This document shows positions 25,201 to 37,364 of a stretch of DNA of 64,000 nt, piece by piece (the first letter of the stretch is position 1; each line of letters opens with the position of its first letter). This DNA comes from Fimbriosthenelais zetlandica. Its lineage: Eukaryota. The stretch is taken from contig OZ365114.1 in the NCBI GenBank assembly GCA_977030845.1, positions 29,016,001 through 29,080,000 of the forward strand, read 5' to 3'. A program made the translations under genes and the position numbers. Under the pieces are notes generated by a model, which worked only from the letters and a program-made list of their open reading frames with translations, ran no database searches and was not told where the DNA came from.

Positions 25201-28200
25201 GTGTCAATCATGATGATCTGCATGTTTTCACCCCTCGTGCGACCAATATCTGCTCTCACAGATGAACGTCTTGTTGTATCCCATATAACTCTAATGAAAA
25301 CTAGCTGTCTGAGAAACACCTTCGTTAAAAAGATTTCGTTGTTAAATATTTGTGTTTTATTTTCAGTGTGTTTACGGAGGGCCACATTGAGTACTCTATT
25401 AACCCTGTATATACCAAACCAAACCTCAACCTGAAGTACCTGCTGAGTCTACCAGGAGGCGCCACCCGCCACCCCTCACACCCACAGTATTATCTCCGTA
25501 AAACAGCCCTCATCCGTGAGTACCGGGTCTTTGTCTAGTATGGCGTCTCTCCTCTTATATAGACTAATAAATAGAAATGATCGAAAAGTCATATTGGTCA
25601 CACAGCCCAAGTTATAGAGGCTGGAGACGGGCATTTCTAGACATCAAAAACCGGAGTGAGCCGGCAAAAATCCAGAAAGTTGGTGGCCCTAATTCTGTTT
25701 ATCAACTGAGCTAGTCCCTCTATGGCAAATAGATAGAACTAACCTCGGGCACCCGAAACCCCAGGGATCTACCACCTACCCAGACCAACCCGAGGTTTGT
25801 TATGTACTTTTTCCACCCCAACCAACGAAAAATTACCAACAATTCATTGTTTTCCCAAATTGCAAATTCCTGTTACTGAAATTAAGTATTTCCCAGGGCA
25901 AACACTGGCCATAATATGTCCCTCCTGACTGCATATTTTGCCTTATGCATGAACAATACTTGGGGTGTAATAACAGTATCTATGTGATATTTACATGGGT
26001 ATCAGAGAGTTATCTATGTGCTATTTACAGGGGTATCTGAGAGCAGTCGTACGTCCCTGAAGTCTGCCGCCATCGCCGCCATTGATGGCACTAACCTGGG
26101 ACCCGTACCGGAAGTGGCCATCAACGCCGCCGTCTCCGTCACGGCCCTCGTCATCGTCCTCGTTCTCCTCTTCATTCTCCTCATTCTACGCGCTAAATGC
26201 GAGTAAGTATTATAATACGCACCTGGGACATGTTTCATAAGAATATGGTTATGAAACAGGCCCTGCAACTAAAGCCTGGAACACACCAATCAGAACTCCC
26301 ATTTCTAATGACATCCAATGATTGAAATTGTGTCAGGGGTTAGCCTTACCTAGGTGTACAGTAAAGGTCTGTTCAAAATACAAGCATTTGGTGTGAATAT
26401 GAATATAATTTCGGACAGCTATCGAATGGATAGGGAATCGGAGTAGTGTGCTCCAGGCTTAATACGCAGCATTTCTGACCTGTGTCGCTCAAAACTAAAT
26501 GTAATACGCAGTCCATTACATCTCCTGAAGGCAAACAATATGACGAAGTGATATTAGGAAATGCGATTAAATTGTGTCTGGTTAATTGACTGATGCAATA
26601 CAATAATACAAACAAAACAAGGACATTTATTTGTCTAGTCTCATAAACATCTCTGACTCTTTCTAAATCTCACTCTCTCTAACTCTCTAACTCTCTTTCT
26701 CTCTCTCTTCTTTCGCAGAGAAGACTATAGTGAATACTTGACGATTTTCCCAAGAAAACATTCCTCAAGTGCAAAAATCGGTATAATGAAGGACGCAGAA
26801 AATGGGTAACAGTAAACAATATCCTTGTTTCCCTAAAGTAGCACTTGAGGTGTCGCACAAAAATCAGTGTGATTCACATTAATGACACAATCCAAAAGCA
26901 CCCATCACGAAAGCTCAAAACCACACATTGAAAACACAAAACTTCCAAAACCAGCAGTTCAAAATGCACATCAATCTCCTAGTGTTTATAGATTGTCACT
27001 TTGATCTCAGGATCTCCCGATTGCACAAACGTGTGTGGTGTTTCACTCAAGTGTATAAAGTTCTGGGTTCAATTCCACAAGCAGCTTTCGAATTTCCTTC
27101 TCTCCTCTAAGTCCCTGAACATGACTATTCCCAATGCAGTTAAGGCGACTTAAGAGCAAGCCAAGAAGTGAACTGCACATTCGTAATATGGACATATAGG
27201 GTTTGCAAATTTTACTGCAGGACTATACTAAAAGGTGGCAGAAACTACTTCCTGTTCCCTGGCGCTGATTCCTTATTGTCTCTCATTCATTTGACACATA
27301 TTATCACTGTTATTGTTTCTCCCTCGCCCATGCACTGTATATATACTATACATGTACACTCTACATATAGTTTTCCTTATGCCTTAATGAATACAGATTT
27401 GTAATTGTTTTGTTTCTGTTACTTACAACATGTTTCAGTCAGGTTTCATTTTATTTTTACTTCAGTTTGAAAGTCAAACCTGACTTTAGCATGGAAGATT
27501 CATTTGAGGAACATGAGTTGTATAGTCGAGAAGCAACCGAAATCAAGACCGGGCCCCCCATCATTTATGTCAGGTATCCGATGGCAGAGCCTTTGAAGAT
27601 AGACTTGAAACTAACAACTGAAGGCGACCTGAAATCTCCTTTAGTTTTTACCGTCTTTGCAAGCGGACGCATCTGTTTTGGTCAATATGGCATGCAGGAT
27701 ATCGATATTTCCCAACGTGAGGTCAGATCTGGCCTTGTGAACGTTTTGTTCACATCAGATGACGTGCTTTAATTGCCTATGCCTTGTGAACAGACGTGTC
27801 CTCTTGCTTAAACATCCTTTATATATTAATCCTTTAATTCTTAACATTTAAGAAGTGTTTTTTTCAGTCCAGTAACTAATCCTTGTTTTAACAACTTAGA
27901 AATGAGTAACAAGAAACTTTTCAAAATACGGACACATCTACTGCAGTTCATTGACATGCTAATTTCACATTCAGACTATTGCTTGATGTATTACTACATG
28001 TATTACAACACAATACCTAAAATGCTTTACCATAGTAGTAAACAACAGCACATTTCAATAGTTGTGTGGCCTTTCCAAGTGTGTGACCATCTCTCATACC
28101 ATAAGGGGTAACTCCACTAAGGACGTTTGATTGTGATGCTTGCGATTTTCGAACTGCAGCATGTGATTGGAAGGTATAGTAGTAGAGCTACATACTCGCA

Positions 28201-28753
28201 ACAACAGGAAGCAGTGAATTGCCAAGTAGAGATGGCCTATAATGCCGTCAACGACATAACACAATCGCAATAAAGTTTGCAAGAAACGCAAGGATAATAT
28301 CCTGGGTGCAGTTTCCCCTAAACACTGGTTATGAACAAGCTCAACATTCCCCTAATTTGTGACAAATAGGTTAAGATAGTCAGTAACTCGATTCAAGGGT
28401 GATTAACTATCGGGAAATGATCAACGAAATTTGTTAAATGATATAAAGATGAGTGTATAGTTAATTTTTCACAATAATCTTAGATTTAAGGCGTGTTTCA
28501 TTAAATTGTTCAGGTGTTGGATCTGCGTTACCTATTTAAAGCCCTTGTGTTAATCCACCAAATCTCTATCAATCTGACCGTGTTATAATAATGTCAAATC
28601 TTTGTTTTCAGCACTGAACCCAAACCTGTCATGGCTGTACAGGAAGTGAAGAAACTAGATGATGATCCCAACGGCCACGTGGAGGCGCCACCGACTACTG
28701 TCATGGTGTCAGAACCAAATCAGCAGACAGAGGACAATGAGAAGAAGTTCTAA
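16229..28753 (+). CDS. Uncharacterised single-pass type I membrane protein, 8 exons, 303 aa
   Basis: Exons 16229-16310, 17355-17413, 17659-17771, 25367-25515, 26031-26202, 26719-26805, 27466-27573, 28612-28753. All GT-AG; phases chain 1,0,2,1,2,2,2 without a stop (912 nt). Signal-peptide-like exon 1 (MELYVWGSVWTLHVICLFKFVTSA), ~135 aa ectodomain with two Cys and one NTT sequon, TM (VAINAAVSVTALVIVLVLLFILLIL-RAK), acidic cytoplasmic tail. Extra in-phase exons in the 7.6 kb intron 3 cannot be excluded. Confidence 0.85.
16781..16924. promoter_or_regulatory. Motif cluster in intron 1 of the membrane-protein gene: CTCF-like, 3 E-boxes, YY1-like
   Basis: GCGCCCCCTTGTGG (16781), GTCACGTGAT (16827), GTCACATGAT (16847), ATCACATGAT (16866), CAAGATGGCGG (16914). 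Confidence 0.4.
18536..18670. mobile_element. ~135-bp imperfect palindrome (hairpin-type non-autonomous element) abutting a minisatellite
   Basis: CTAAAGGCAATAAAACAC / GTGTTTTATCGCCTACTTAG outer arms; AATAGAAG(G)CCCTCGCCC-TTAC-GGGCTCGGCTTCTATT inner stem. Confidence 0.65.
18669..19180. repeat. 33-35 bp minisatellite, ~15 copies (AGACGCGTCTACCATAGGGAATCTATAGAGAATT)
   Basis: Directly visible tandem units, each containing the perfect palindrome AGACGCGTCT. Confidence 0.95.
20305..20715. repeat. Diverged ~182-bp direct duplication with ~90-bp sub-periodicity
   Basis: gagccatttcRtaatgRaaa at ~20311 and ~20493; gctcatgatg, tgtacatgRtaaagta and ggaactggcctcc each recur. Confidence 0.75.
21535..21745 (+). 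mobile_element. MITE family B (PIF/Harbinger-like, TAA target duplication)
   Basis: taa|AGCCGGGAATACACTAATCCG...CGGATTAGTGTATTCCTGGCA|taa; the interior is shared with 26273-26459. Confidence 0.85.
21880..22410. repeat. Hairpin-module satellite, ~243-bp period with sub-repeats
   Basis: catcctggccctWgagtggagaccgacattttgggc at ~21902, ~22048, ~22291; gtgaagtcggtcgagcacagcccaaaa at ~21960, ~22203. Homologous (reverse complement) to 11200-11340. Confidence 0.9.
24098..24240. repeat. 44-bp tandem array (~3 copies), same family as 54941-55355, opposite strand
   Basis: ggccagccatgtctcccactgtctgtggtgagaggcatgtaaaa repeated. Confidence 0.85.
24565..24633. mobile_element. Short palindromic MITE remnant
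   Basis: Perfect 14-bp inverted repeat GGGGCCTGTTTCAG / CTGAAACAGGCCCC; related remnant at ~26224-26264. Confidence 0.6.
24840..25190. repeat. CT microsatellite-rich region
   Basis: (CT)n runs. Confidence 0.9.
26273..26459 (+). mobile_element. MITE family B copy
   Basis: taa|AGCCTGGAACAC...GTGCTCCAGGCT|taa; shares atttctaatgacatc...ggttagccttacctaggtgta...caagcatttggtg...gacagctatcg with 21535-21745. Confidence 0.85.
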
Positions 28754-31700
28754 CACCCAAAACTCCTCACCATGGCAACAAAACAGAGGAATAGTTCCCA
28801 ACTGTCTATCATAGAGACAGCCGGGGAGAGGGACACACAGGACGCCACCTAGTATTGGAGTTCTTACGCCACTTCTCACCGGAAGTCGATGTCTGAAATG
28901 ACGTCAGCAAAACATGAGCGTTCAATATTTCCAGTGAAGGGAGGATAGGGGAGGGAAGGGGGAAGGGGAAGGGGACAGGGAAGTGGTTGGGCAAGGGGTA
29001 AGTGGGAGTTGGAGAAAAGAAGGACAAAAAAGGACTACCAAAAAGGGACTCGGGCTGGGAAAGCTGATGGTTTCCAACAGAGAAAGGACGGACAGCTAGT
29101 ATAATGAGAAATGGAAAACTTAAGGACTTGAGGACTGTGCCATCTTTGGCTGGGCCAGAGATGGTCTTGGTTGACATCCAGCCTCCCAGGCAGATCCAGT
29201 TCCTTCCCACCTTAGTGCTTTTAGCCACTTTATGACTTTGTCTAAAAACTTGTGATATCATTCCAAACCAAATGGTGTAAATAAGAGAATTGTGACATCC
29301 TGTAGACTTCAGAAAACACTGTAAATATGATACAAATACTTATGATATGCATTATTAATGAAAGTTCAAATGTTAACTATAACTACAAAAGGATTGATGG
29401 ATCCTAACTTATTAATATTGTACCCGGTTTTTGAGATTTTTCCAAAATCATATTGAGATTTATTCCTTTTGTGGATATAGTTTCAAATGAATGGAGTTAC
29501 AAATTACGCAAGCCCTGACAATCCTGACTCTGTCAAGAGCCATGTTTTTCTATATGACTTTCCATATATCAGTCATATTACATCAGTAGAAAGCGTTTAA
29601 TGCCACATGGCGTAATTCTGTTCCCACATTTTCAGCATTGTAAATTGTTACCCTAACTTCCATCTGCCTCAGTATTGAACCCCGCCTAGCTGGGACTGGT
29701 GGATGGATCCTGAACTCAAACTAGAAACAGTGACACTCATTATGGGCAGCTCGACTGAAATGTTTTGCCTTGCGAGTATTGCAATTTGTGTTGCAACCAG
29801 CCTTTGTGGCTGTCTTCATCATGGTACTTGCAGCAGGTTCCCTCTTCTTGCAGTAGGTTCCCTCTGCTTGCAGCAGTTGAGACTTTTGATTCCAATGCAA
29901 TCGCATCGACCGCAAGCTGTCCTTTTTCTTGTAGCAATACCAATAGTCAGTCTAAAAATCAGTCTAAAATCGTAATACTCGCAAGATTTATTTTTAAGTG
30001 GAGTTGTCCAAAATGACACTATAGGAACACCAGAATCCACCAAAATATCAGAGATATATATAATGCTTCCGAACATAATTATTTAACATGTCTTACATGT
30101 ATACATTTTGTAGATGGATAGAAATGGATTATAAGAGACGTGAGAAAGGATTTTATTATTAGAGGATTTTTGTGTGCTTTGCTGCAAGGTCTGCAAGTTA
30201 CCTCCAGTGTTTCTTATACAGAATTGACTCTCTTAACAACTAATTTTAATCCTTTGACCTCTTAGCCTCTTTATTGCTGAATCATAGACCCTAAACTTCA
30301 TCTAAAAGCAAGTATTCTAATTTTGCTTTGTAAAGTAATCCTAGAATATGTGTACAAATAACTTGCTACTCGGTCGACAACATTTATTCATTCTTCGATC
30401 TCCTAACCTCTTTATCATAGGGCCTAAACTACAACTTAAAAGGAGGAGATATAATTCAAAATTAGAAGTGGTATAGGAATATTAAGAAATATATTTGTAT
30501 TCCACTTTTACTGATGTGGCGACAACTTGGAGGTCCTTACCAAAAATGTTATTTTTGTGCCTGGAATAGAAAGTACTTTTCATGAAGAAACCTCATTTAT
30601 GATCTCAAAGATTTTGCTGTTGTGATTCATTATTTAATGAATGTGAATGTGTAGTGCACTTTTATTATAAGAAATATACTTTAATCTGAAAGAATCGTAG
30701 TTTGCGTTTATTGATCGAGATTATTACGGCACATTTATTATTTTATGAAAAGCTTTTGATATCTCGCCTCTCGGGTCTGTATAGCTTTCGAAAAGAGGGG
30801 GTTATTTCCAGCATGTCCCATCAGCATACTGTTCCTTCTAGAAAGAGATGTCATAATTAATGTCCTGGGGCTGTTTTGGAAATACAAATGGGTGTGGTTG
30901 ACTTTTTACGAATATCTTAATCATATCACATTGAATATTAATTATTACTAAAATTATATTATTACAAATTATCATTCTGGAAACTTTCATTTTCCACTTT
31001 CAAAAATGTTCTGATCTTCAAATCGACCCACCACCCACTCCTTCCCCAAGCACCACCCCTGACCGCTCCTTTGACCAATCAATCCAATATATAAATGAAG
31101 TGTTTTTACCGTGGCTAAGCCCCCCTATAATTAGACTCCTACCTCACCTCTTTCACCTAACACCATGTGATCAGGTGTGTATCTGGCAGCCATTTTGATA
31201 GACCCACACTCATGTGAAAAATGAAAATATTGGATAAAAATGCCTTTATGGACGTTTATACGACTCCATACATCCAGGAGGTTGAATATATTCCTCGGCT
31301 AAAGCCTCAGTCTGGTTTTACCAACCATGGGACCATTATACTGATGGGAAATGTCTGGAAAGACAAGCCAAGTGATAACCTGGACTTCTACATGGCTACC
31401 TTGATTGCTCCTATACCCGTGTAGGCTATGGCGTGTGAGAGATCGATTGGAATACAATCAATATACGAAGTAAAATACAGGTAGGTCTTGTGAATAGTTA
31501 TTTTATTCTTATACATGTATTATCTATCTTGCGTCATGTCTGTAGGTACAAATGCTAGCCCTAACTTTTAACTAAAAGATTAAGAATAATACTTCCAAAC
31601 GGACTAAAGGAACATCCTACATGTCTTTTTTTTAGTCTTAATTTCTGTCGAACCCCCTCTTTCGTTCACAACAAAAATAAGGAAATTTGGCAGCGTTGTT

Positions 31701-32389
31701 TAGCCTATTACTGGAAAGTGGTACCAAATTTCAAATAGATATTCCAACTTATTTTGCTTGTGAACACATAATTAACTATTTGATATTTTTTCTTTCTCTC
31801 TATCTCTCTGTCTTTCTCTCGCCCCCTAATTAAATATTAGATATTTTTTCTTTCTCTCTGTCTCTCTGTTTTTCTCTCGCCCCCTTCCTTCCTCCCTCCA
31901 TCCCCCTCTCTTCTCTCCACTCTCATCTGCCCTGACTCTCTCATCCCTCCAACCATCTCCTTTTCTCTCACTGCCATAATTTGTCCATGACATTTCAAAA
32001 CCAAAACCACAACTTTTTCGCGGAATAAGATTCCTGCAAAATGTGTAGTGATAACTTTATTTTGACTACCTATAATTAGAGCAGTAGGGTACCACATTGT
32101 AAGTGGCCACTTCTCTTCAAGATATTAATTTTGATCGCTTTTTGGAGGCCTTCTATTAGTTTTGCCATAATTGATACGGTCCCTTTTAGAGGCATCATTC
32201 TTGACGAAACATTGAAATTTGAAAATATTAAGAAAACTATTATTATTCACTGTTTTGTTAGGAATTAGCGAGGTCAGTATATTGAGTTGTTTTTTTATTG
32301 TTTTTTTCTAGGTGCCTTGCTAATTGCTCTCTACAAGTTACGGCTCCACAACAAGTCAGGGCTCTACAACAAGTCACGGCTCTACATTT

Positions 32390-32760
32390 CATGGCTCTCC
32401 CCTCACCTCCCCTTTCCCCATATCCCTTCTCCCTCTTCCTCCTTCCCATCTTCCTTCCTCTTCCTCCTTCCCATCTTCCTTCCTCTTCCTCCTTCCCATC
32501 TTCCTTCCTCTTCCTCCTTCCCATCTCCCTCTTCTTCTTCTTCCCACTTTTCCTTCTCCCTCTTCTTTTCTCTTTTGCTTCGGTCTATTATTTCTCACAT
32601 TCCCTTGTCCCTCCTCAGGCTCTCTAATCTCTTGTCCCTCTTTTCTCCACTCCCCCCCCCCCCCCCCCCGCCCCATTATCTTCTCACACTTTTCGTGTTC
32701 TTCCTCCTCTCTCCGTTGCTCCTTTAATACTTTTCTCTCCCTTGCACCTCTTTCTGTTCT
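32390..32760. repeat. Pyrimidine-rich repeat (cttcctccttcccatcttccttcct units)
   Basis: Tandem CT/CTT repeats plus a poly-C run. Confidence 0.9.
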
Positions 32761-32894
32761 CTTTTTCACTCATCATTTCTGCATTAATGGTACGCCCTAC
32801 CTTACACCCTCCTAGTACCCCTGCCCGCCACTAGTGGCATTACTTGTAATTCTACATCGTACAGAAGGTCTAATAAAATACAACAAACATATAT

Positions 32895-35875
32895 TTCATT
32901 TTCATGTTCTTTATTAAGCTTCAATATACATAGACTGGTGGCGCCATCTGGTGGCTATGGATGGTACTGTGTGTGGGTGGCGCCATCTCGTGGCCATTGA
33001 GGGTACTGGGTAGGGGCAAAGGTTGGGGTGTGGGTCGGGGCCAGGGAGGACAAATGGTAGGGACGGCTCCCGCTCACGCTGCAGAGCTGACTCCCCATAA
33101 CCCAGGTAGTCTCCGGGGGGTCGTTTTATTTCTTATGAGGATGCCAGCGGATAAGATTTTGTATGCCACCATAGCGATGAGCAAACTGTTTAATGAAAAT
33201 CACACTGGCATTCTCATCGCCTGGGGCCCAACAGGCGAGAGCTCAGCCAACCCGGAGTGGCCAGACGGCTTGAATTCCATCTTCTTTCATCCTTCCATCC
33301 TTCCCGTCTACGCTGATTTGTCATCCTTCCCGTCTACGCTGCTCGGACAACAAAGCTCAAGTCATCCTAAAAAAACAAGAGGCATCAAATATTAATTATC
33401 TTATCCACGAATTCAAATAAAAAATAAAATAGTTGTTCATAATTGGAATGAATATATACCTATTAACATTCAACTTCAATCAATCATCCTTCAAGATATG
33501 TTTTTAAGGAGGCTCACCATGTATGTAATCTGCCTGGAAGCTGAGACTCCATGATTGGCGTCAGCTAGATGTGAGTGGACAGAGGTGGACATCGATTCTC
33601 AGCGATCAATGAGAATTTCGTTGGAAATGTTTCAGTCATAGTCTCATACACCGAGACCCAGGGCTGTAGACAAAGCTGTTGTCCCAAAGTTTTCGTTTAT
33701 TGACTGTTGCTAGCATGAAATAAGCAAGGCACCTGGAAAACAAAAATGAACACAAAACTCAATATATATACTGTCCTCACTAATTTCTATCAAAACGATG
33801 AATGAAATCCCACGATCTACATTAAACAGGCTGAAAGCTTGCAGGTGGCATGGGGAATTATTTTTGAGAGTAGAGATAAGCTGAAAATGTTATTTACCTT
33901 GATTGTAAAACGTCAGTTCGGCATCGTGGTGCTGTCCATCTCTGTCTAGAGTCTATAATGCGGGAGGCAGATGAGGTGTTCCTTATAGCAGGCCTTCATA
34001 CATTCTGCAATAAGAGATGACAGTCCGAATTTAGTGGGTTTTGCAATGTAAGTTCAATAGAGATCATCTAAAAGCAGCTTGGAATGTACGGGTTTATAGA
34101 TTATATTATAGAATTACTCAAAAACATGTCTAGAAAATTTGGATATTCAAATGATCTTGGAAATACATTAGGATCTTTAAGTGATCTGGGAATGATTGAT
34201 ATAAAATTCAGCTCACCATTTCATGTATGAAGGAATAGCTGTGAAGATGACTTGGCTTGAAGTTGACATAGAACGAACTTGTCCTTGATCCTCGCGTGTC
34301 CACATCTCGTCTCGGGGGAATTGGGGGTGGGGGGGGGGGGGGGGGGGGTAGGGGGGTGGGGAGGGAGTGCCACATTTATTTTAATATATTACAATCAATA
34401 TTGTACAGTATTTCATTTGATGAGATTTCACTCTATTTGATAATTATAATGATGGTGTGTCTTCATTGATCAATCTACTAAATCTATAGAATATACAACT
34501 CGGGGTTCTTAGCATTTCATGGAAAGAAAATGTTCCCTGATTTTTCTGAATTCCTGGATCTATTTCCATTTTGACACACTTTCAGTTAGGCCTAATAGGG
34601 AATCATAGACGCTGTGAAATTATTCCAAATAAGACACTAACATGGGCCAAACATACCCCCATGATTTTAGGTTTTTAAAAAACAATTTTTCCATTTCCCT
34701 AAACTGGAAAATGCAAAACATAATTCACTGACTTTCCAGGATAGCTGGGAACCATGAAATCTGCATAAAGCAGTAAGTAATATACTAATTTACTACAGCC
34801 TTCCTTTAAGCTGGTCATTAACCGAGTGTGAACTAACTGACTACATTCTAGGAACCGTTGTAGATAGGTTGATGTGAACATCATTGCAGGATGGACGTGG
34901 CCGGGGGTGGGGGAGGTCATTTTGATCACGGTGCACATAATGAACTCTCCTTGGGAAAGCACCGGCCATCATATGGCTGCAAAACAAGCATAAGAACAAT
35001 AAATATTTATGCTTTTCGGAATATTAATTGTATACTTGATTAAAACAAATATTCCCTGAACCAGGGAACTTTTTAAATCACATTTTAAGGGGGCTCACCC
35101 TGTATGAAGTCTTGAAGCTGCGACTCCATGAAGTGATTGGCGTCAGCTAGATGTGAGTGGACAGAGTTGGACATCGATTATCAGCTCTCGATGTGGATTC
35201 TGTTGGAAATGCTCCAGTCACGGTCTCAGACCCCCGGACCCAGGGCCATAAGACAAGCCGCAGTCCCCAAGGCACCTGAAAATATAGAATAAGAACTCAA
35301 TAAACTCATGTAGATTTTGTTTTCTATTGATAAATTAAAATGTTTTAGGGGGAATAATTCGCCTATACGAATTCGAGCCTTGCAAAAATTTTAAACTGGG
35401 CGCTTTATATACTGTCCGTCGGAACATTATATGCTAAGGGAGTCATAAAAAACTAGCTAATCTCGGATCTATTCTACGACTACGCCTAAAATAAATATCA
35501 TACCACCCCATTGCCCCTGTGCCTGGCCGGGGCTATGGCTAGGCCAAGTGTTTCAGTCAGACATAATCTATTCCTACATTCAATTCAGAACTGCAAGACG
35601 TAATACACATTGTGACAAGCACATGGGATGTTGATTCTTGGTCGATGTGCCGGACCATGGCGGCAGCCATATTGTTTACATCAGGGTTACCACATCGGTC
35701 TCGGCATTCTGAAGCCGTTTACAACAAATTTTAGACAGTTAACGCTACAAATGGTACGTCATGCACAAGAACTGACACTATTCTACAATCACTTACCTTT
35801 ATATGAGCAGAAGCTGGCTATAGAAACGGCGAATAAGGTTTTTCTTAACATGTGGAAAAGCAAGGCGAAGGAGAC
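32895..35875 (-). ncRNA. Putative spliced long non-coding RNA, 6 exons, exons 2 and 5 are duplicates (possible snoRNA-host-like gene)
   Basis: Minus-strand splice sites define exons ~35875-35797, 35275-35099, ~34310-34217, 34004-33898, 33732-33518 and 33366-~32895, with AATAAA at 32915-32910. Donors are gtaagt/gtgagc/gtgagc/gtaaat/gtgagc. Exons 2 and 4 have stops in all three frames. The exon 3 acceptor is weak (gag). No transcript evidence. Confidence 0.55.
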
Positions 35876-35882
35876 CGGAAGT
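35854..35882 (-). promoter_or_regulatory. Putative TSS region of the lncRNA: ETS motif followed by an oligopyrimidine tract
   Basis: Minus strand reads ACTTCCGG-TCTCCTTCGCCTTGCTTTTCC, ~60-80 nt upstream of a strong AAG|gtaagt donor at 35797. Confidence 0.45.
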
Positions 35883-36123
35883 TACTCTGAGCACGGCGGA
35901 AGTATAGAAAATAGCAAAACACAGCACCGTCTGTGGCTGTCCTAACCGATACAATGGCTATTTCTTCAATAAATTTTGATTTCCTGATGATATTGTCCCA
36001 TCCTCATCGATATGCTTACGACCAGTTATGTACTGCACTTAAATTATCGCTAGAATTGTACAGCCGTCGTAATCTCTCTACAACTATCGATTAAACTTGC
36101 GAAAGCTGAGTTTTGAGCGGTCG

Positions 36124-36154
36124 GCCATCTTGGATTTCTAAACAAAGATGGCGG
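36124..36154. promoter_or_regulatory. Back-to-back YY1-like motifs (GCCATCTT ... AAGATGGCGG)
   Basis: Inverted pair in a CpG-containing segment ~250 bp upstream of the putative lncRNA start. Confidence 0.45.
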
Positions 36155-36177
36155 ACACGGGGCGGGTTCCCGCATGG

Positions 36178-36490
36178 ACATCTAGATGGCGCTACGGAGC
36201 TAGATCGCTGGATAAGGCCTTGGTTCCCGCCTAGCCGTGTAGGTGGCGCTACGGATCTATGTCGCTGAACATAGATATGGGTCGCCCTTGCTTCCCGCCT
36301 TGCCTCATAGATGGCGCTACGGAGGTAGACTGCTGAATAAGGCCTTGGTTCCCACCTCGCCGTCTAGGTGGCGTTTCGGAGGGAGGTCGCTGAATGAGGC
36401 CTTGGTTCTCGCCTCACCGTATAGGTGGCGCTACGGCGGTAGATTGCTGAATAAGGCCTTGGTTCCCACCTAGCCGTCTAGGTAGCGACG
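36178..36490 (+). repeat. ~57-68 bp diverged tandem repeat, each unit carrying a CTCF-like core (TAGRTGGCGC)
   Basis: Six cores near 36181, 36238, 36306, 36365, 36420, 36477; shared gctgaataaggccttggttccc spacer. Confidence 0.85.
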
Positions 36491-37364
36491 ATGAATATAG
36501 CTATAGGGGCCAAATACGCAGTAATTAAAAATAAACAATTTAACTTATCTCATGACATAGATGTTTTTATTAATCTTCTTTACAGCAATCGTAAGAGATC
36601 TCTTAAGCTCTTAGGATAACATGGGATCCCAGTTTCATAAATTACAGTGAGAGAAAGGCCAATTCCAAATAACAGCAATAAATATGTACACGTGCTAGGA
36701 AAAGGTCGTGAGAAACTTTGAGAAAGCCTTTTGATCTGTCTTAACAGGTACCCTAAGCCATTACGATATCAGTGGATTCGATTGTAATTTCATAGAAAAA
36801 AAATATAATTTGAAACATCTGATTAAGAAATAAAATACGTCTGGGGAAATATCTCTTAATGAAACTGTCTTAAGATTCTTAAGTCGTTACGACTTTTGTT
36901 GGTTGCAATTTCATAGAAAAAATATAGCTTTGTACAAGCCTCATAGATGCGGAATCAAAGTGGAATGAGACATTCAAAATGTGGCGGTAAGACAAAGGGA
37001 TAACACAACTGAAGCGCCCCTTTGTCCCGCGGTAAATTACTGGAATTACGAGCACAAATCCAACATGACCAAACTCGCTATATACTAGAACGAAATATAT
37101 CACAAAATATACAAATTTTACAAAAAATACTATCAAATCAATAACACAAACGACATGCCCTCAAATAATACAAACCTTGGACAATATGCACCAATTTAAA
37201 CGTCAAAAAAATGCATTAATAAAGAACCATTACAACATGTTTTAATTCCCTGTAAATTCTATTTTCTTAACATTTTCTTGAATGGACAAGTAAAATAGAT
37301 GTAAGTTTACAATATTATTAAGAAAAGTATATTAAGAAATAAAACATTTCACACTTTCATTAGA

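Noticed and set aside
31221-31424. 67-aa ORF with protein-like composition
   Set aside because: No recognisable motif or linkable exons; within chance expectation.
33998-35175. 56-aa micropeptide (MSNSVHSHLADANHF...) across lncRNA exons 2-4
   Set aside because: It depends on a weak acceptor, and the paralogous exon 5 has a 4-nt deletion breaking the same frame.
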